Of a DNA stretch of 64,000 nt, positions 46,652-55,549 are shown piece by piece (within the stretch, counting starts at the first letter, position 1; every line of letters starts with the position of its first letter). This DNA is from a virus, in the IMG/VR virus record IMGVR_UViG_2899018882_000006, positions 341 through 64,340 of that record; one strand, 5' to 3'. A program made the position numbers and the translations under genes. The notes beneath the pieces are model-generated. The model searched no databases. It saw only the letters and a program-made list of their open reading frames with translations, and had not been told where the DNA came from.

Positions 46652-47287
46652 ATGCCGTTCATTGATCTCACGCACCGCCGCTTCGGCAGACTCACGGCGC
46701 TCGCCATTCAACGCGGCGGGCGCCGATCTTATTGGACGTGCCAGTGTGATTGCGGGAACACCAAAGTCGTCAGCATCAGCAAGCTCACCTCCGGCAACAC
46801 CAAGTCGTGCGGTTGCCTCCGTTCCGAATTGGTCACCGCAAAGAACATGAAGCATGGGCAAAAACGGCATCCTCTTTACTCCGTCTGGAGGAGCATGAAA
46901 AACCGCTGCTACAACCCCGAGTTCAATCAGTTCAAGGATTATGGCGGTCGCGGCATAAAGGTCTGTCCCGAGTGGCTCGATGATCCCGCTGCCTTCATTG
47001 CGTGGGGTGAGGCCAACGGTTACCGCAAAGGCCTGGACATAGACCGCGAAAACAACGGTTGGAACTACTCCCCACAGAACTGCCGGTTCGTCTCCAGAAA
47101 GACGAGCAACCGGAACAGAAGGAACTGCCGATACATCGACACCCCGGCCGGGCGGATGATGATAGCCGAGGCAGTCGAGGTGTCCGGCCTAAGCCGGTCG
47201 CTAATCTATTACCGCATCGGCAAGGGCTGGCCCACCGATAGACTTTTCGAACCCGCCACCTATGGCAACAAGGAGAAGCCATTGTGA
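46652..47287 (+). CDS. HNH-type homing endonuclease-like protein
   Basis: RFGRLT, CQCDCG, KSCGC, YGGRGIKVC, IDRENN..YSPQNCRF. Confidence 0.85.
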   Translation: MPFIDLTHRRFGRLTALAIQRGGRRSYWTCQCDCGNTKVVSISKLTSGNTKSCGCLRSELVTAKNMKHGQKRHPLYSVWRSMKNRCYNPEFNQFKDYGGRGIKVCPEWLDDPAAFIAWGEANGYRKGLDIDRENNGWNYSPQNCRFVSRKTSNRNRRNCRYIDTPAGRMMIAEAVEVSGLSRSLIYYRIGKGWPTDRLFEPATYGNKEKPL

Positions 47288-47607
47288 TTACCGATTATCG
47301 CTTCGTGATAGACGCGCTTGATCTGACGACAGGGCAGTCGCGATGGGTATTCACGTCTGCCGGATTGGCAGAAGCCAACGCTGCCTTCGACAGGCTAACT
47401 GCCGTTGATAGATACCTGATGGTCGAGCTGTCTGAACTTCGTGACGGTGGCAGCACCATCGGGCAATTCGTCGTCATTAAACAAGCAGAGAAGACCGTAG
47501 ACGGCGCCGTTATTATCCGGTCCGAGCCCGAGGCCATCGTCAAGACACGCGGCGATGATGCACGTCTCAAACTCCTAGAGTTCGGCTTTGCCGCAGGGCA
47601 CCGTTAG
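47284..47607 (+). CDS. Hypothetical protein
   Basis: Hairpin motif plus AAGGAG RBS. Confidence 0.65.
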   Translation: MITDYRFVIDALDLTTGQSRWVFTSAGLAEANAAFDRLTAVDRYLMVELSELRDGGSTIGQFVVIKQAEKTVDGAVIIRSEPEAIVKTRGDDARLKLLEFGFAAGHR

Positions 47608-47648
47608 CCTGAAACCAACCGCCGCGCATGGCAATATGGAGATGAAAG

Positions 47649-48299
47649 ATGAAGTGCCCGAAATGGATGAAGCGAGCGGACTTTGTCCGTATTCGGGAAA
47701 TGGACGTTGAGGACGCCGAGGCTGCGCTTGCGAAGCTTTACGACGTGGAAAGAGAGCGCAAACGAGCGTGGCGTTTAGCCAACAAGGAAAAGGCTGCGGA
47801 AATGGCCCGCAATTGGAGGAGGAATAATCCAACGAAGGCGCGAGCCGGTTACAAGCGACAGCGAGAGGCCATTAAAGCCGACCCGGAGCGCCGCGCCCAT
47901 TACGCCGAGGTCCGTCAAGCGTGGCTAAAGCGCGGCGGTCAAAAGAGTTACCCAAAGCAGAGAGAGCGAGAACGGCAATACGATGCCGATCGCTATCAAC
48001 GTGGCAAGACGAAAAGACTTGCACAAAATAAGCCGGGCGAATTGCGGAAGCTCATACAGCAACTTTTGCCGGGTTACCTCATTCCAGCGGCCCGGATGGA
48101 CGTCATTAATTCGGTGATGGAACTCGCGCTCGCTAATCTAGTGCGACACGACAGACTTGCGGAACACGTCAAGGCGTGTGTCACGGCCTACAACCGCCAG
48201 TTCGACCATTTCAAGAACGTTTCCATCGACGCCCCGATCGCCGGGACCGACGGCCTCACTCGAGCCGACCTGCTCGATAGCGAAGCGTTCCATTTTTAA
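47649..48299 (+). CDS. Hypothetical Arg/Lys-rich protein
   Basis: 216-aa ORF; C-terminal VSIDAPI...TRADLL. Confidence 0.7.
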   Translation: MKCPKWMKRADFVRIREMDVEDAEAALAKLYDVERERKRAWRLANKEKAAEMARNWRRNNPTKARAGYKRQREAIKADPERRAHYAEVRQAWLKRGGQKSYPKQRERERQYDADRYQRGKTKRLAQNKPGELRKLIQQLLPGYLIPAARMDVINSVMELALANLVRHDRLAEHVKACVTAYNRQFDHFKNVSIDAPIAGTDGLTRADLLDSEAFHF

Positions 48300-48327
48300 A
48301 CACCACCCGGCATGAAAGGATAATTCC

Positions 48328-48639
48328 GTGCCCCACACACAAGGACCGTGGGCGGTCGACGACTGCCCGCTCGACATCGAACATGCCTGCACCATGCTCA
48401 AGGTCGATGCCAATACGCCACGAGAATGGGTGGGTATCTGCACCCCTCGCGATGCGGACGGCAACTACGAGCACGTTGCTTACTGCCACATATCGAATGC
48501 TCCGGTGATCGCAGCCTCCACAGTGATGCTGGATCTCCTGCGCCGCAATCTCAATGCGTGGGAAGACGAAGAGGATTCCGTGCAGGAAGAGCACGAGGAA
48601 CTGATCGTCGATCTGCGCCAGTTTCTGAAGGACAAGTGA
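48328..48639 (+). CDS. Hypothetical protein
   Basis: HTQGPW...NAPVIAAS phage motif. Confidence 0.7.
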   Translation: MPHTQGPWAVDDCPLDIEHACTMLKVDANTPREWVGICTPRDADGNYEHVAYCHISNAPVIAASTVMLDLLRRNLNAWEDEEDSVQEEHEELIVDLRQFLKDK

Positions 48640-48640
48640 C

Positions 48641-48841
48641 ATGCCTAGCTATCTCGTCACATGGGAGATCGACATCGATGCCGAGACCGCACATGACGCG
48701 GCTCGGCAGGCGCATGAGATCGTCCGTCGGCCGGATACATCGGCCAATGTCTACAAGGTCATCGAGCACGACGGCAACGGCGAGGCGGTGACCGTCGACC
48801 TCGAAGATGAACCCGCCATTTATGGCAACACAGGAGATTGA
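48641..48841 (+). CDS. Hypothetical protein
   Basis: YLVTWEIDIDAET; in operon. Confidence 0.7.
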   Translation: MPSYLVTWEIDIDAETAHDAARQAHEIVRRPDTSANVYKVIEHDGNGEAVTVDLEDEPAIYGNTGD

Positions 48842-48843
48842 CT

Positions 48844-49461
48844 ATGCCCGACATTACGAATGCAGACCGCGCCGCATGGGCAGCGAATGCTATCGATACC
48901 TTTGCTGCTGAATGCCGGATGGATGGCGAAGACAAGCAGACAAAGGCGAAGGATCTCATCACCAATCTGGTCCACTACCTCCGGCATGAATGCGATATGA
49001 CCCACGATGAAGCACGAAGCGTCGTTGACGGTGCGGTTCGCATGGCTGAAGCGGAGCTAATTGCAGACGACGAAGGTCTCGAGGACGAACCTGAGCTGAA
49101 GACCTTTCCCGTTCGCCTCTGGATTACAGCACGCATGGTATGTGAGACCGAAGTCGAGGCTGCATCCATGGAAGACGCGATTGCCAAGGCGAAGGAGCTC
49201 GACTTCGCTGACTACGATTTCGTCTACGAACAACAGGAAGGTGACGAGACTGCTTACATCGCTGCCCCGGACGATGAGCTGGCTGATCCTGTCGAGGTCG
49301 ACCTTCGCGAAGAGGGCGAGCCCTTCAGTTGGGAGGCGGTGAATATCGTGAAGGATCTCGCGTCCTTCTACGACCGGACGTTCAGCAGCAATGACATAGT
49401 GAGTCTCCTTGGCCGCGCCCACCGCTGCTGCACCAAGATAACCGGCGGGATGGAAGGCTGA
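48844..49461 (+). CDS. Hypothetical acidic protein
   Basis: Hairpin motif plus AGGAG RBS. Confidence 0.75.
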   Translation: MPDITNADRAAWAANAIDTFAAECRMDGEDKQTKAKDLITNLVHYLRHECDMTHDEARSVVDGAVRMAEAELIADDEGLEDEPELKTFPVRLWITARMVCETEVEAASMEDAIAKAKELDFADYDFVYEQQEGDETAYIAAPDDELADPVEVDLREEGEPFSWEAVNIVKDLASFYDRTFSSNDIVSLLGRAHRCCTKITGGMEG

Positions 49462-49465
49462 CCCG

Positions 49466-49795
49466 ATGGTTAGCCTGCCCCGTGTCCGCCGTCTGATCAA
49501 GACCGTCGAAATAAACGAGCAGTTTTCATCATCCGCCCAGATCTACATCGACTTCCACGATCATCGAGGCCGGGCGAGGTGGTATCTATTTTACAGCATT
49601 AGAGACAGAACCTTCGGCGGCGGCCTCCTCGATGGCGACGGAATGGGGATGCAGATTTCTCTCCCCGCCAAACTGAGACAGCATCTCATCCATCTTACCC
49701 CGCCTGAAATTATCGCTCATTGCACAGCCGCCTCGCTCGGCGTTGGACAATGCATCAACCTGATGGTGAAACGAGATCCGCCCCCTTGGAGCTAA
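49466..49795 (+). CDS. Hypothetical protein
   Basis: In operon. Confidence 0.6.
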   Translation: MVSLPRVRRLIKTVEINEQFSSSAQIYIDFHDHRGRARWYLFYSIRDRTFGGGLLDGDGMGMQISLPAKLRQHLIHLTPPEIIAHCTAASLGVGQCINLMVKRDPPPWS

Positions 49796-49824
49796 CACCC
49801 GCAATCATGCGAAAGGATAAAGCT

Positions 49825-50133
49825 ATGACACCCGAGAGACCCGACGAGCTGTTCAATTGCTGCACTGATTACAAAGAGCCGGACTGGTCGCAGTTCACAC
49901 ACCTCGAACTGGCCGGCTGCGTTAATGAAAAAGACCCGGAGGACAACGAAACCTACACCAGTGGGAACCAGTCCGGCGGAGTCGCGCAGTTCTTCACGGT
50001 CTACGGCCGCGATAAGGAAGGGCTGGCCGAAGCCGTCACCGACATAGACGACGCTCTGTATGCCCTTCGGGTTGCAGCGGCGCTCGCTTACCGGTCGAAG
50101 CTGGTATGCCATGTCGCACCGTCATTGATGTGA
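49825..50133 (+). CDS. Hypothetical protein
   Basis: Hairpin motif plus AAGGA RBS. Confidence 0.7.
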   Translation: MTPERPDELFNCCTDYKEPDWSQFTHLELAGCVNEKDPEDNETYTSGNQSGGVAQFFTVYGRDKEGLAEAVTDIDDALYALRVAAALAYRSKLVCHVAPSLM

Positions 50134-50137
50134 TGCC

Positions 50138-50323
50138 ATGCCGGATTTCATCGTTCAGATCAGTCTGAAGTGTGTCGTTGAAGCCGACAACCCTGGCCGC
50201 GCTGCATCAGACATGGCGGAGAGATTGCGAAAACTTCTTGAAACTCACGACCCTATGCTGTTGAGTTACATGAAACGGGAAGTGACCGCGTATCAGGTTA
50301 TCCAATCCCCCACGAAGTATTAG
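50138..50323 (+). CDS. Hypothetical protein
   Basis: In operon. Confidence 0.55.
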   Translation: MPDFIVQISLKCVVEADNPGRAASDMAERLRKLLETHDPMLLSYMKREVTAYQVIQSPTKY

Positions 50324-50341
50324 CGGGCAAGGGAGGCTCAA

Positions 50342-50548
50342 ATGGAAGAAGGCTTTTTCCATTCACCATTCAACATCATCGCTATTGGAATCATTCTCTT
50401 CTTCTATTTCATGCCGACGATCTTTGCATTTCGCCACGGACGACCCGACTCGTGGGCTATATTGATTATCAATACAGCTTTCGGGTGGACACTTATCGGT
50501 TGGATTGGCTCGATGTTCTGGTCGATGGCTCCTGTCCAACGGCAGTAA
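50342..50548 (+). CDS. Superinfection immunity protein (T4 Imm-like)
   Basis: YFMPTIFA...ILIINTAFGWTLIGWI..MFWS. Confidence 0.9.
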   Translation: MEEGFFHSPFNIIAIGIILFFYFMPTIFAFRHGRPDSWAILIINTAFGWTLIGWIGSMFWSMAPVQRQ

Positions 50549-50570
50549 CACACTCCTCATAAACACACCA

Positions 50571-50602
50571 AAGGCCGGGTCATTCGCCCGGCCTTTTCTT
50601 TT
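50571..50602 (+). terminator. Intrinsic terminator
   Basis: GGCCGGG...CCCGGCC followed by TTTTCTTTT. Confidence 0.75.
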
Positions 50603-50643
50603 CTACCCCCTCGCAATCATGCGACCCCACGGAGATCTATACC

Positions 50644-51804
50644 ATGAGCAATATCGACAACGTCACCGCCACTGTTTCGACTGCTTCTCTCAACTACTCG
50701 GTTTTCAGGAAGGCTATTGAGAACGCCTGCAAGGTCGTCGAACGTCGCAACACCATCCCCGTTCTCGATACCGTCTTCATCAAGGCGACGACGAATGGCG
50801 TCTATGTTCTCGGCACTGACCTTGACATCTGCACCACGACCTTTGTGCCGGGCAATGTATCCAAGGACTTCACCGCTCTGGTCGACGCTCACAAGCTGAA
50901 GGCCACAATGGATAAGGTGAAGGATGCTCCGGCCATCAACTTCGCCATGTCGCAGAAGAAGCTCACCGCCAACATCGGGAAGCTGAACCTGACATTGAAG
51001 CAGGACATTCCGGTCGAAGATTTCCCTGAAAGCCACGCCTTCCGGGACCGGTTGAACGAGTCAAACCATACGTTCACGCTGCCGTCAGCCACGCTGCTCA
51101 AAATTCTCAACAAGGTCCAGTTCGCTATCTCTGCAGAAGAGACGCGCTACTATCTCAACGGCGTTTACATGCACGTCATCGAGAACTCGCACCACATCAC
51201 CTTCGTCGCCACGGACGGCCACCGGCTGGCTCGATATGAGATGCCTGTGCCAGAAGGCGCAAGCGGCATCCCCGCTGTCATCATCCCTCGCAAGACAATT
51301 ACTGAACTTATGCGGCTCCTCAAGCGCAAGGGCTGCCCAGAAGAAACGATGGTCACGGTCTGCAAGACCGGCGTTCGGTTCACAGTCGGCGAAGACGAGA
51401 CCGTGGATAGCAAGGTCATCGACGGTCAGTTCCCGGATTACACCCGCGTCATCCCTATGAATAACGATCACCACGCCACGATCTATCCGGCTTCCTTCAT
51501 TGATGGCGTCAAGCAAGCCAGCGCAGTTCTCCCTTCAAAGGGCGGCTCGGTCTCGGTCAACTTCCTGCCGGGGATGGCTTCTCTCACCTGTCGTGATGTC
51601 GACTTCGGTGAAGCATCCGTCGATGTATCGATTGAAAACGAGCGGTCGCTGGAGATCGGGTTCAACGCCCAATACCTGATCGACATCCTTTCTCACGTCG
51701 ATGGTGAAGCGAAGTTCATGCTCATGGGCGCTGGAGATCCGGTCGTCATCCGCAACTCGGACGATGATTACCTGACCTTCGTTCAGATGCCGACGCGCAT
51801 CTAA
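50644..51804 (+). CDS. dnaN: DNA polymerase III beta sliding clamp homolog
   Basis: RRNTIPVL, EETRYYLNGV, VATDGHRLA, IIPRK, IDGQFPDY, IGFNAQYL, MPTRI. Confidence 0.93.
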   Translation: MSNIDNVTATVSTASLNYSVFRKAIENACKVVERRNTIPVLDTVFIKATTNGVYVLGTDLDICTTTFVPGNVSKDFTALVDAHKLKATMDKVKDAPAINFAMSQKKLTANIGKLNLTLKQDIPVEDFPESHAFRDRLNESNHTFTLPSATLLKILNKVQFAISAEETRYYLNGVYMHVIENSHHITFVATDGHRLARYEMPVPEGASGIPAVIIPRKTITELMRLLKRKGCPEETMVTVCKTGVRFTVGEDETVDSKVIDGQFPDYTRVIPMNNDHHATIYPASFIDGVKQASAVLPSKGGSVSVNFLPGMASLTCRDVDFGEASVDVSIENERSLEIGFNAQYLIDILSHVDGEAKFMLMGAGDPVVIRNSDDDYLTFVQMPTRI

Positions 51805-51885
51805 CCCATAATCCACACACAACAAGCGGGGCACTTCTGTGCCCCGTCCATCATCCCGCCAAACATGGCAACCACGGAGATTGAA

Positions 51886-53463
51886 GTGAGCACACTCGTA
51901 CCCACTGCAACGATCGAACAACTCTGCGCTTATCGCGATGAAGCAATTCGTTTGTACGAAGAAGCATTTGAGAAAATAGCCGAAGCATCGACCGCCGTCA
52001 CGAAGGCAGGCTTGATGTGGGAGGCCGCTTCTCCCGGTAAGCCGAGCCGCCATTGCGACGGCGCCGAGGAAGTCAAGGAGTTCTTCCGGGCCGTCAACCT
52101 GCCTGACCGTGACCGCTATCTGCGCACCGCGCGCCGTCTCATCGACGTTACCGTATGGACCCACGTCATCGACATCGCTGGCATCGAACAGCTCATGGAC
52201 ATGCAGGCCAAGAACGAGCTGCGCGACCAGATGAAGTATGTCCCGGAGCGCACCGGACGCAATGGTGAGATCATCAATCAGGATGAGATCGACCGCATGC
52301 TGCCGCCCGTCACCCCGGAGAACATCTACGCCACGCTCGAGCGATTCCAAGGTGATGCCGAGATGATCTTTCGGCGCGGCATCGTCAATGTCTTCACGAA
52401 GTTGGACCGTCGCTTCCGTTCGCACGACGGATTCAAGGTCGGCTCGCGCATGATCATCGATTACCTGCTGCGCAGCAGCACGCATCTGTATGGTGATCGC
52501 GCAGATATGCTGACCGATGTAGAGCGAACGTTCCTCGTGCTCGACGGCAAGTCAGCGAAGGCCAGCTATGCGGGCATCGTCGAAAAGATCAACCGCGAGA
52601 ACCCAGGGAAATGGAATCAAGCAGTGCAGTTTGAGGTGGTTTCCGAATACTTCAAGGTCCGTATCTTCAAGAACGGCAACGCCCATCTCTGGTTCAGCCG
52701 CAAGGATCTGGTGAAGAAGGTCAATGAGATCCTGGCCGACCACTACGGCGAGGTGATCGGCGACGGGATGACGAAGGAGGAAGATCCTCTCAAGAACATC
52801 AAGACCACACCGGCTCGCTACTTCGGATTCTACCCCACGTCAGACGCGACTGCCGAAAAGGTTATCAGCCATGTACGCCTGCTCCAGCGAAAGGACGAGC
52901 CCCAGATACGCATCCTTGAGCCGTCGGCCGGGACCGGCAACCTTGCCCGACGCTGCCTTAGCACCCCGGCTGCCCTCGATAAATGGTCCGGCGGCCGCGA
53001 CCGCTACATAGATCAGTACCGCATGGACAATGTGGTCGACTGTGTAGAGGTGCAGCCGCACCTAGCTCACCAACTCGAGGCACAGGGCGTCTACGGCCGC
53101 GTAGTCTGCGCCGATTTCCTGTCGCTCCGGCCGGATTCGTCTCGCCTCTATGACAGAGTAGTCATGAACCCGCCCTTCGACCGGGAACGGGACATCGACC
53201 ACGTCGTGCATGCCATCCAGTTCCTCAAGCCGGACGGGCAGCTCGTCGCCATCATGTCGGCCGGGACTGAGTTCCGGCAGACCGCCAAGTCCATAGCCTT
53301 CCGCAAGATGATGGAAGACATGGGCGCAGAATGGACTGATCTACCGCCCAATTCCTTCTCGGACGTGGGCACAAACGTGAACACCGGGTTCATCTCGGTC
53401 AGGAAGAACGGGCGTAAGAAAACCGGCCGTTACGACAGACCGACTTGGCCGCAGGTGGGATAA
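51886..53463 (+). CDS. DUF4942-like domain + amino-methyltransferase
   Basis: FKNGNAHLWF; FYPT, LEPSAGTG, VMNPPF; GTG start chosen after GGAG. Confidence 0.85.
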   Translation: MSTLVPTATIEQLCAYRDEAIRLYEEAFEKIAEASTAVTKAGLMWEAASPGKPSRHCDGAEEVKEFFRAVNLPDRDRYLRTARRLIDVTVWTHVIDIAGIEQLMDMQAKNELRDQMKYVPERTGRNGEIINQDEIDRMLPPVTPENIYATLERFQGDAEMIFRRGIVNVFTKLDRRFRSHDGFKVGSRMIIDYLLRSSTHLYGDRADMLTDVERTFLVLDGKSAKASYAGIVEKINRENPGKWNQAVQFEVVSEYFKVRIFKNGNAHLWFSRKDLVKKVNEILADHYGEVIGDGMTKEEDPLKNIKTTPARYFGFYPTSDATAEKVISHVRLLQRKDEPQIRILEPSAGTGNLARRCLSTPAALDKWSGGRDRYIDQYRMDNVVDCVEVQPHLAHQLEAQGVYGRVVCADFLSLRPDSSRLYDRVVMNPPFDRERDIDHVVHAIQFLKPDGQLVAIMSAGTEFRQTAKSIAFRKMMEDMGAEWTDLPPNSFSDVGTNVNTGFISVRKNGRKKTGRYDRPTWPQVG

Positions 53464-53500
53464 GAGGGTAAGTGTGAGTCAGTAACAACGAGGGATTCCC

Positions 53501-53953
53501 ATGTCGCAGAAACCATCATCGAAGCTTATCGCCAAGGCGCTACCCAAGGGTGACCGCTTCACCGGACAATTTTCATTACCCGGACTGATCCCCGATCTCG
53601 TGCGGGGTAGGGATGGCAACATCCAATTCTTCGACACGGAACAGCAAGCGTACGTTGCAGCAATGGAAGCGGTGATCCGTCTCTATGACAGCCGGACCAT
53701 CGATACCCGCAAGGCTGGCGGCTACCGTCGCCTTACTGGAGCCGAGCTTGCTGTATTGCTCGATGAGGTTGACATCACGCCTACCTACTTTGCTGAGATC
53801 GTTGGCGTTCCTCAGCACCGGGTCATGAAATGGCTGGACGGAGAGCAGGACATCCCGCACTCCGCCCATGTACTGGTCAAGCTTATGAAATTGAACGACG
53901 ACAACTTCCGTGTCGCAGAAGAAATCACAGAAGAATATCGAGAGAGCTCATGA
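53501..53953 (+). CDS. Protein with C-terminal XRE-like HTH
   Basis: TYFAEIVGVPQHRVMKWLDGEQDIP. Confidence 0.7.
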   Translation: MSQKPSSKLIAKALPKGDRFTGQFSLPGLIPDLVRGRDGNIQFFDTEQQAYVAAMEAVIRLYDSRTIDTRKAGGYRRLTGAELAVLLDEVDITPTYFAEIVGVPQHRVMKWLDGEQDIPHSAHVLVKLMKLNDDNFRVAEEITEEYRESS

Positions 53954-54210
53954 AAACGGCAATCAATCACTTCCGAGTCTGGGTCATTCGTATGGGCTTC
54001 AATCAGAAGCAGATCACGGCGGCCGCTAATACGATTGGCATCCAGAGTTCGGCCACGGCGAGCCTTACTTTCAACGGTAAGCGCGAGCTCACTTTGACCG
54101 AGCGCCTTGCGATGTCAGCAAGGCGAGCTGGTTTGCAACCCTGGACTCCCGACTACGACGCCGAACTGACGGAGGCATCTCCGGCACCTCACGATGCCAG
54201 CGTTGTTTGA
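53950..54210 (+). CDS. Small HTH-like protein
   Basis: MGFNQKQITAAANTIG...ERLAMSA; ATGA overlap. Confidence 0.6.
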   Translation: MKTAINHFRVWVIRMGFNQKQITAAANTIGIQSSATASLTFNGKRELTLTERLAMSARRAGLQPWTPDYDAELTEASPAPHDASVV

Positions 54211-54901
54211 ACGCAGCGTTGTTCATATAACCGAGTTGCTTCCCTACCTTATCCAGACCGTAGTGCAGAGCGAGGATCGTCTTCAGTCTCTGCTTCCGCT
54301 TGGTCCCTCGCTTGTCTGCCTTCCGGCTTTCCGGCCATAGATCAAGCCATTCATCCATAACGACAACCGCCTCGAGCATCTGGTAAACCCACTCGTCACC
54401 GATGGCACTCTTCAGTCGTTGCAGGATCTTGCGACAGTCCACTTGATAACTGACGATGTCCGTCGGGCCGAAGCCTCCGCCGCCTGTTCCTTCAAGGTTG
54501 GCTGACTTCAGCGCCTTGACCTGCGCTCCCTGAACGAGATCCCTAAAGCGAATGGCGGTGTGAAACCGCACACCGCCCATTCCATCTTCGTCCGGTCCCA
54601 ATTCCATTTCCCCATTCGATACTAGAAATTCGATGGGGCTGGCCTGCGCATTAAGAATCGTAACGGCGTCTCTTACATCGAGGAATGACCGGCGCTCCGG
54701 CATAGTGGCGACGACGTCATCTCCTAACGTTTCGGATGCCATCACCCTGCCAATCATTTCATACATCCGCGAGCGCTGCTCATCGAACTCCTCGCCTCGG
54801 CCATAGAAGGCGACCAGTGGAAGGACACCTGGCTTGAGCGTTTCGCTCGCTTGTTCCTTCGCTGCCTTCAGCCGGCCCATCAGTCTCTTGCTGGCAGTCA
54901 T
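54089..54901 (-). CDS. Hypothetical protein (last gene of replication operon)
   Basis: AAGGAG RBS, ATGA overlap. Confidence 0.7.
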   Translation of the reverse strand: MTASKRLMGRLKAAKEQASETLKPGVLPLVAFYGRGEEFDEQRSRMYEMIGRVMASETLGDDVVATMPERRSFLDVRDAVTILNAQASPIEFLVSNGEMELGPDEDGMGGVRFHTAIRFRDLVQGAQVKALKSANLEGTGGGGFGPTDIVSYQVDCRKILQRLKSAIGDEWVYQMLEAVVVMDEWLDLWPESRKADKRGTKRKQRLKTILALHYGLDKVGKQLGYMNNAAFKQRWHREVPEMPPSVRRRSRESRVANQLALLTSQGARSK

Positions 54902-55230
54902 GTCCGACTCCTTGCGCCCTTCCTCTGCGAACCACGCAGCGGGATAATCTTCATTGGTATCCGGTCGAGAAGCCCGCCATCGGTAAGCGTTCCGTCGTCC
55001 TGCTCCCGGATCTCCAGCAACTCGCTCAGTGCTTTGCTTCGCTCTGAATCTGTCATGGCTGAGCGGTTGGCGTAAGGGGAGCGGGTGACCAATCCAGATA
55101 TTTGTTTCGGCCTTTTCATCAGGACGGTGGCTATGCTCCGCTCCGACATTCCGATGACCCACAGCACCCACGCCACATAAACATCGCGATCGGAGTGCTT
55201 GATAATCTTCAAGGTTTCTTCTTTGCGCAT
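54898..55230 (-). CDS. Hypothetical HTH-like protein
   Basis: GMSERSIATVL. Confidence 0.65.
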   Translation of the reverse strand: MRKEETLKIIKHSDRDVYVAWVLWVIGMSERSIATVLMKRPKQISGLVTRSPYANRSAMTDSERSKALSELLEIREQDDGTLTDGGLLDRIPMKIIPLRGSQRKGARSRT

Positions 55231-55541
55231 CGCTTTGCCCGTCCTTTGTAGGTTACTGAAATCGTGCGGGTCTTGCCCTTCTGCCTCACCGATTCCTTGA
55301 ACGCGCCTTCCGCTTTAGCCATCTCGGCTCCGGCTATTTCACCGAACCGGTGGAGATGGCCGTTGACGTAGCGGACAAGGTGCTTGTTCAATGCTTCGAG
55401 TGCGCTCTCCCTTGTCGGGAAGATCTGCGGCTTGCCTCCGACCCCGAGAATGGGCTTGGCTTCGCCGTCCATTGATGTCCGCAGGAAGGCTTTGAACCCG
55501 CCGCTGAACTGCTTCTGCGTGTACGTTTCAAACTGGTTCAT
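55209..55541 (-). CDS. Hypothetical protein
   Basis: GAGG RBS, in operon. Confidence 0.65.
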   Translation of the reverse strand: MNQFETYTQKQFSGGFKAFLRTSMDGEAKPILGVGGKPQIFPTRESALEALNKHLVRYVNGHLHRFGEIAGAEMAKAEGAFKESVRQKGKTRTISVTYKGRAKRCAKKKP

Positions 55542-55549
55542 GACTGACC

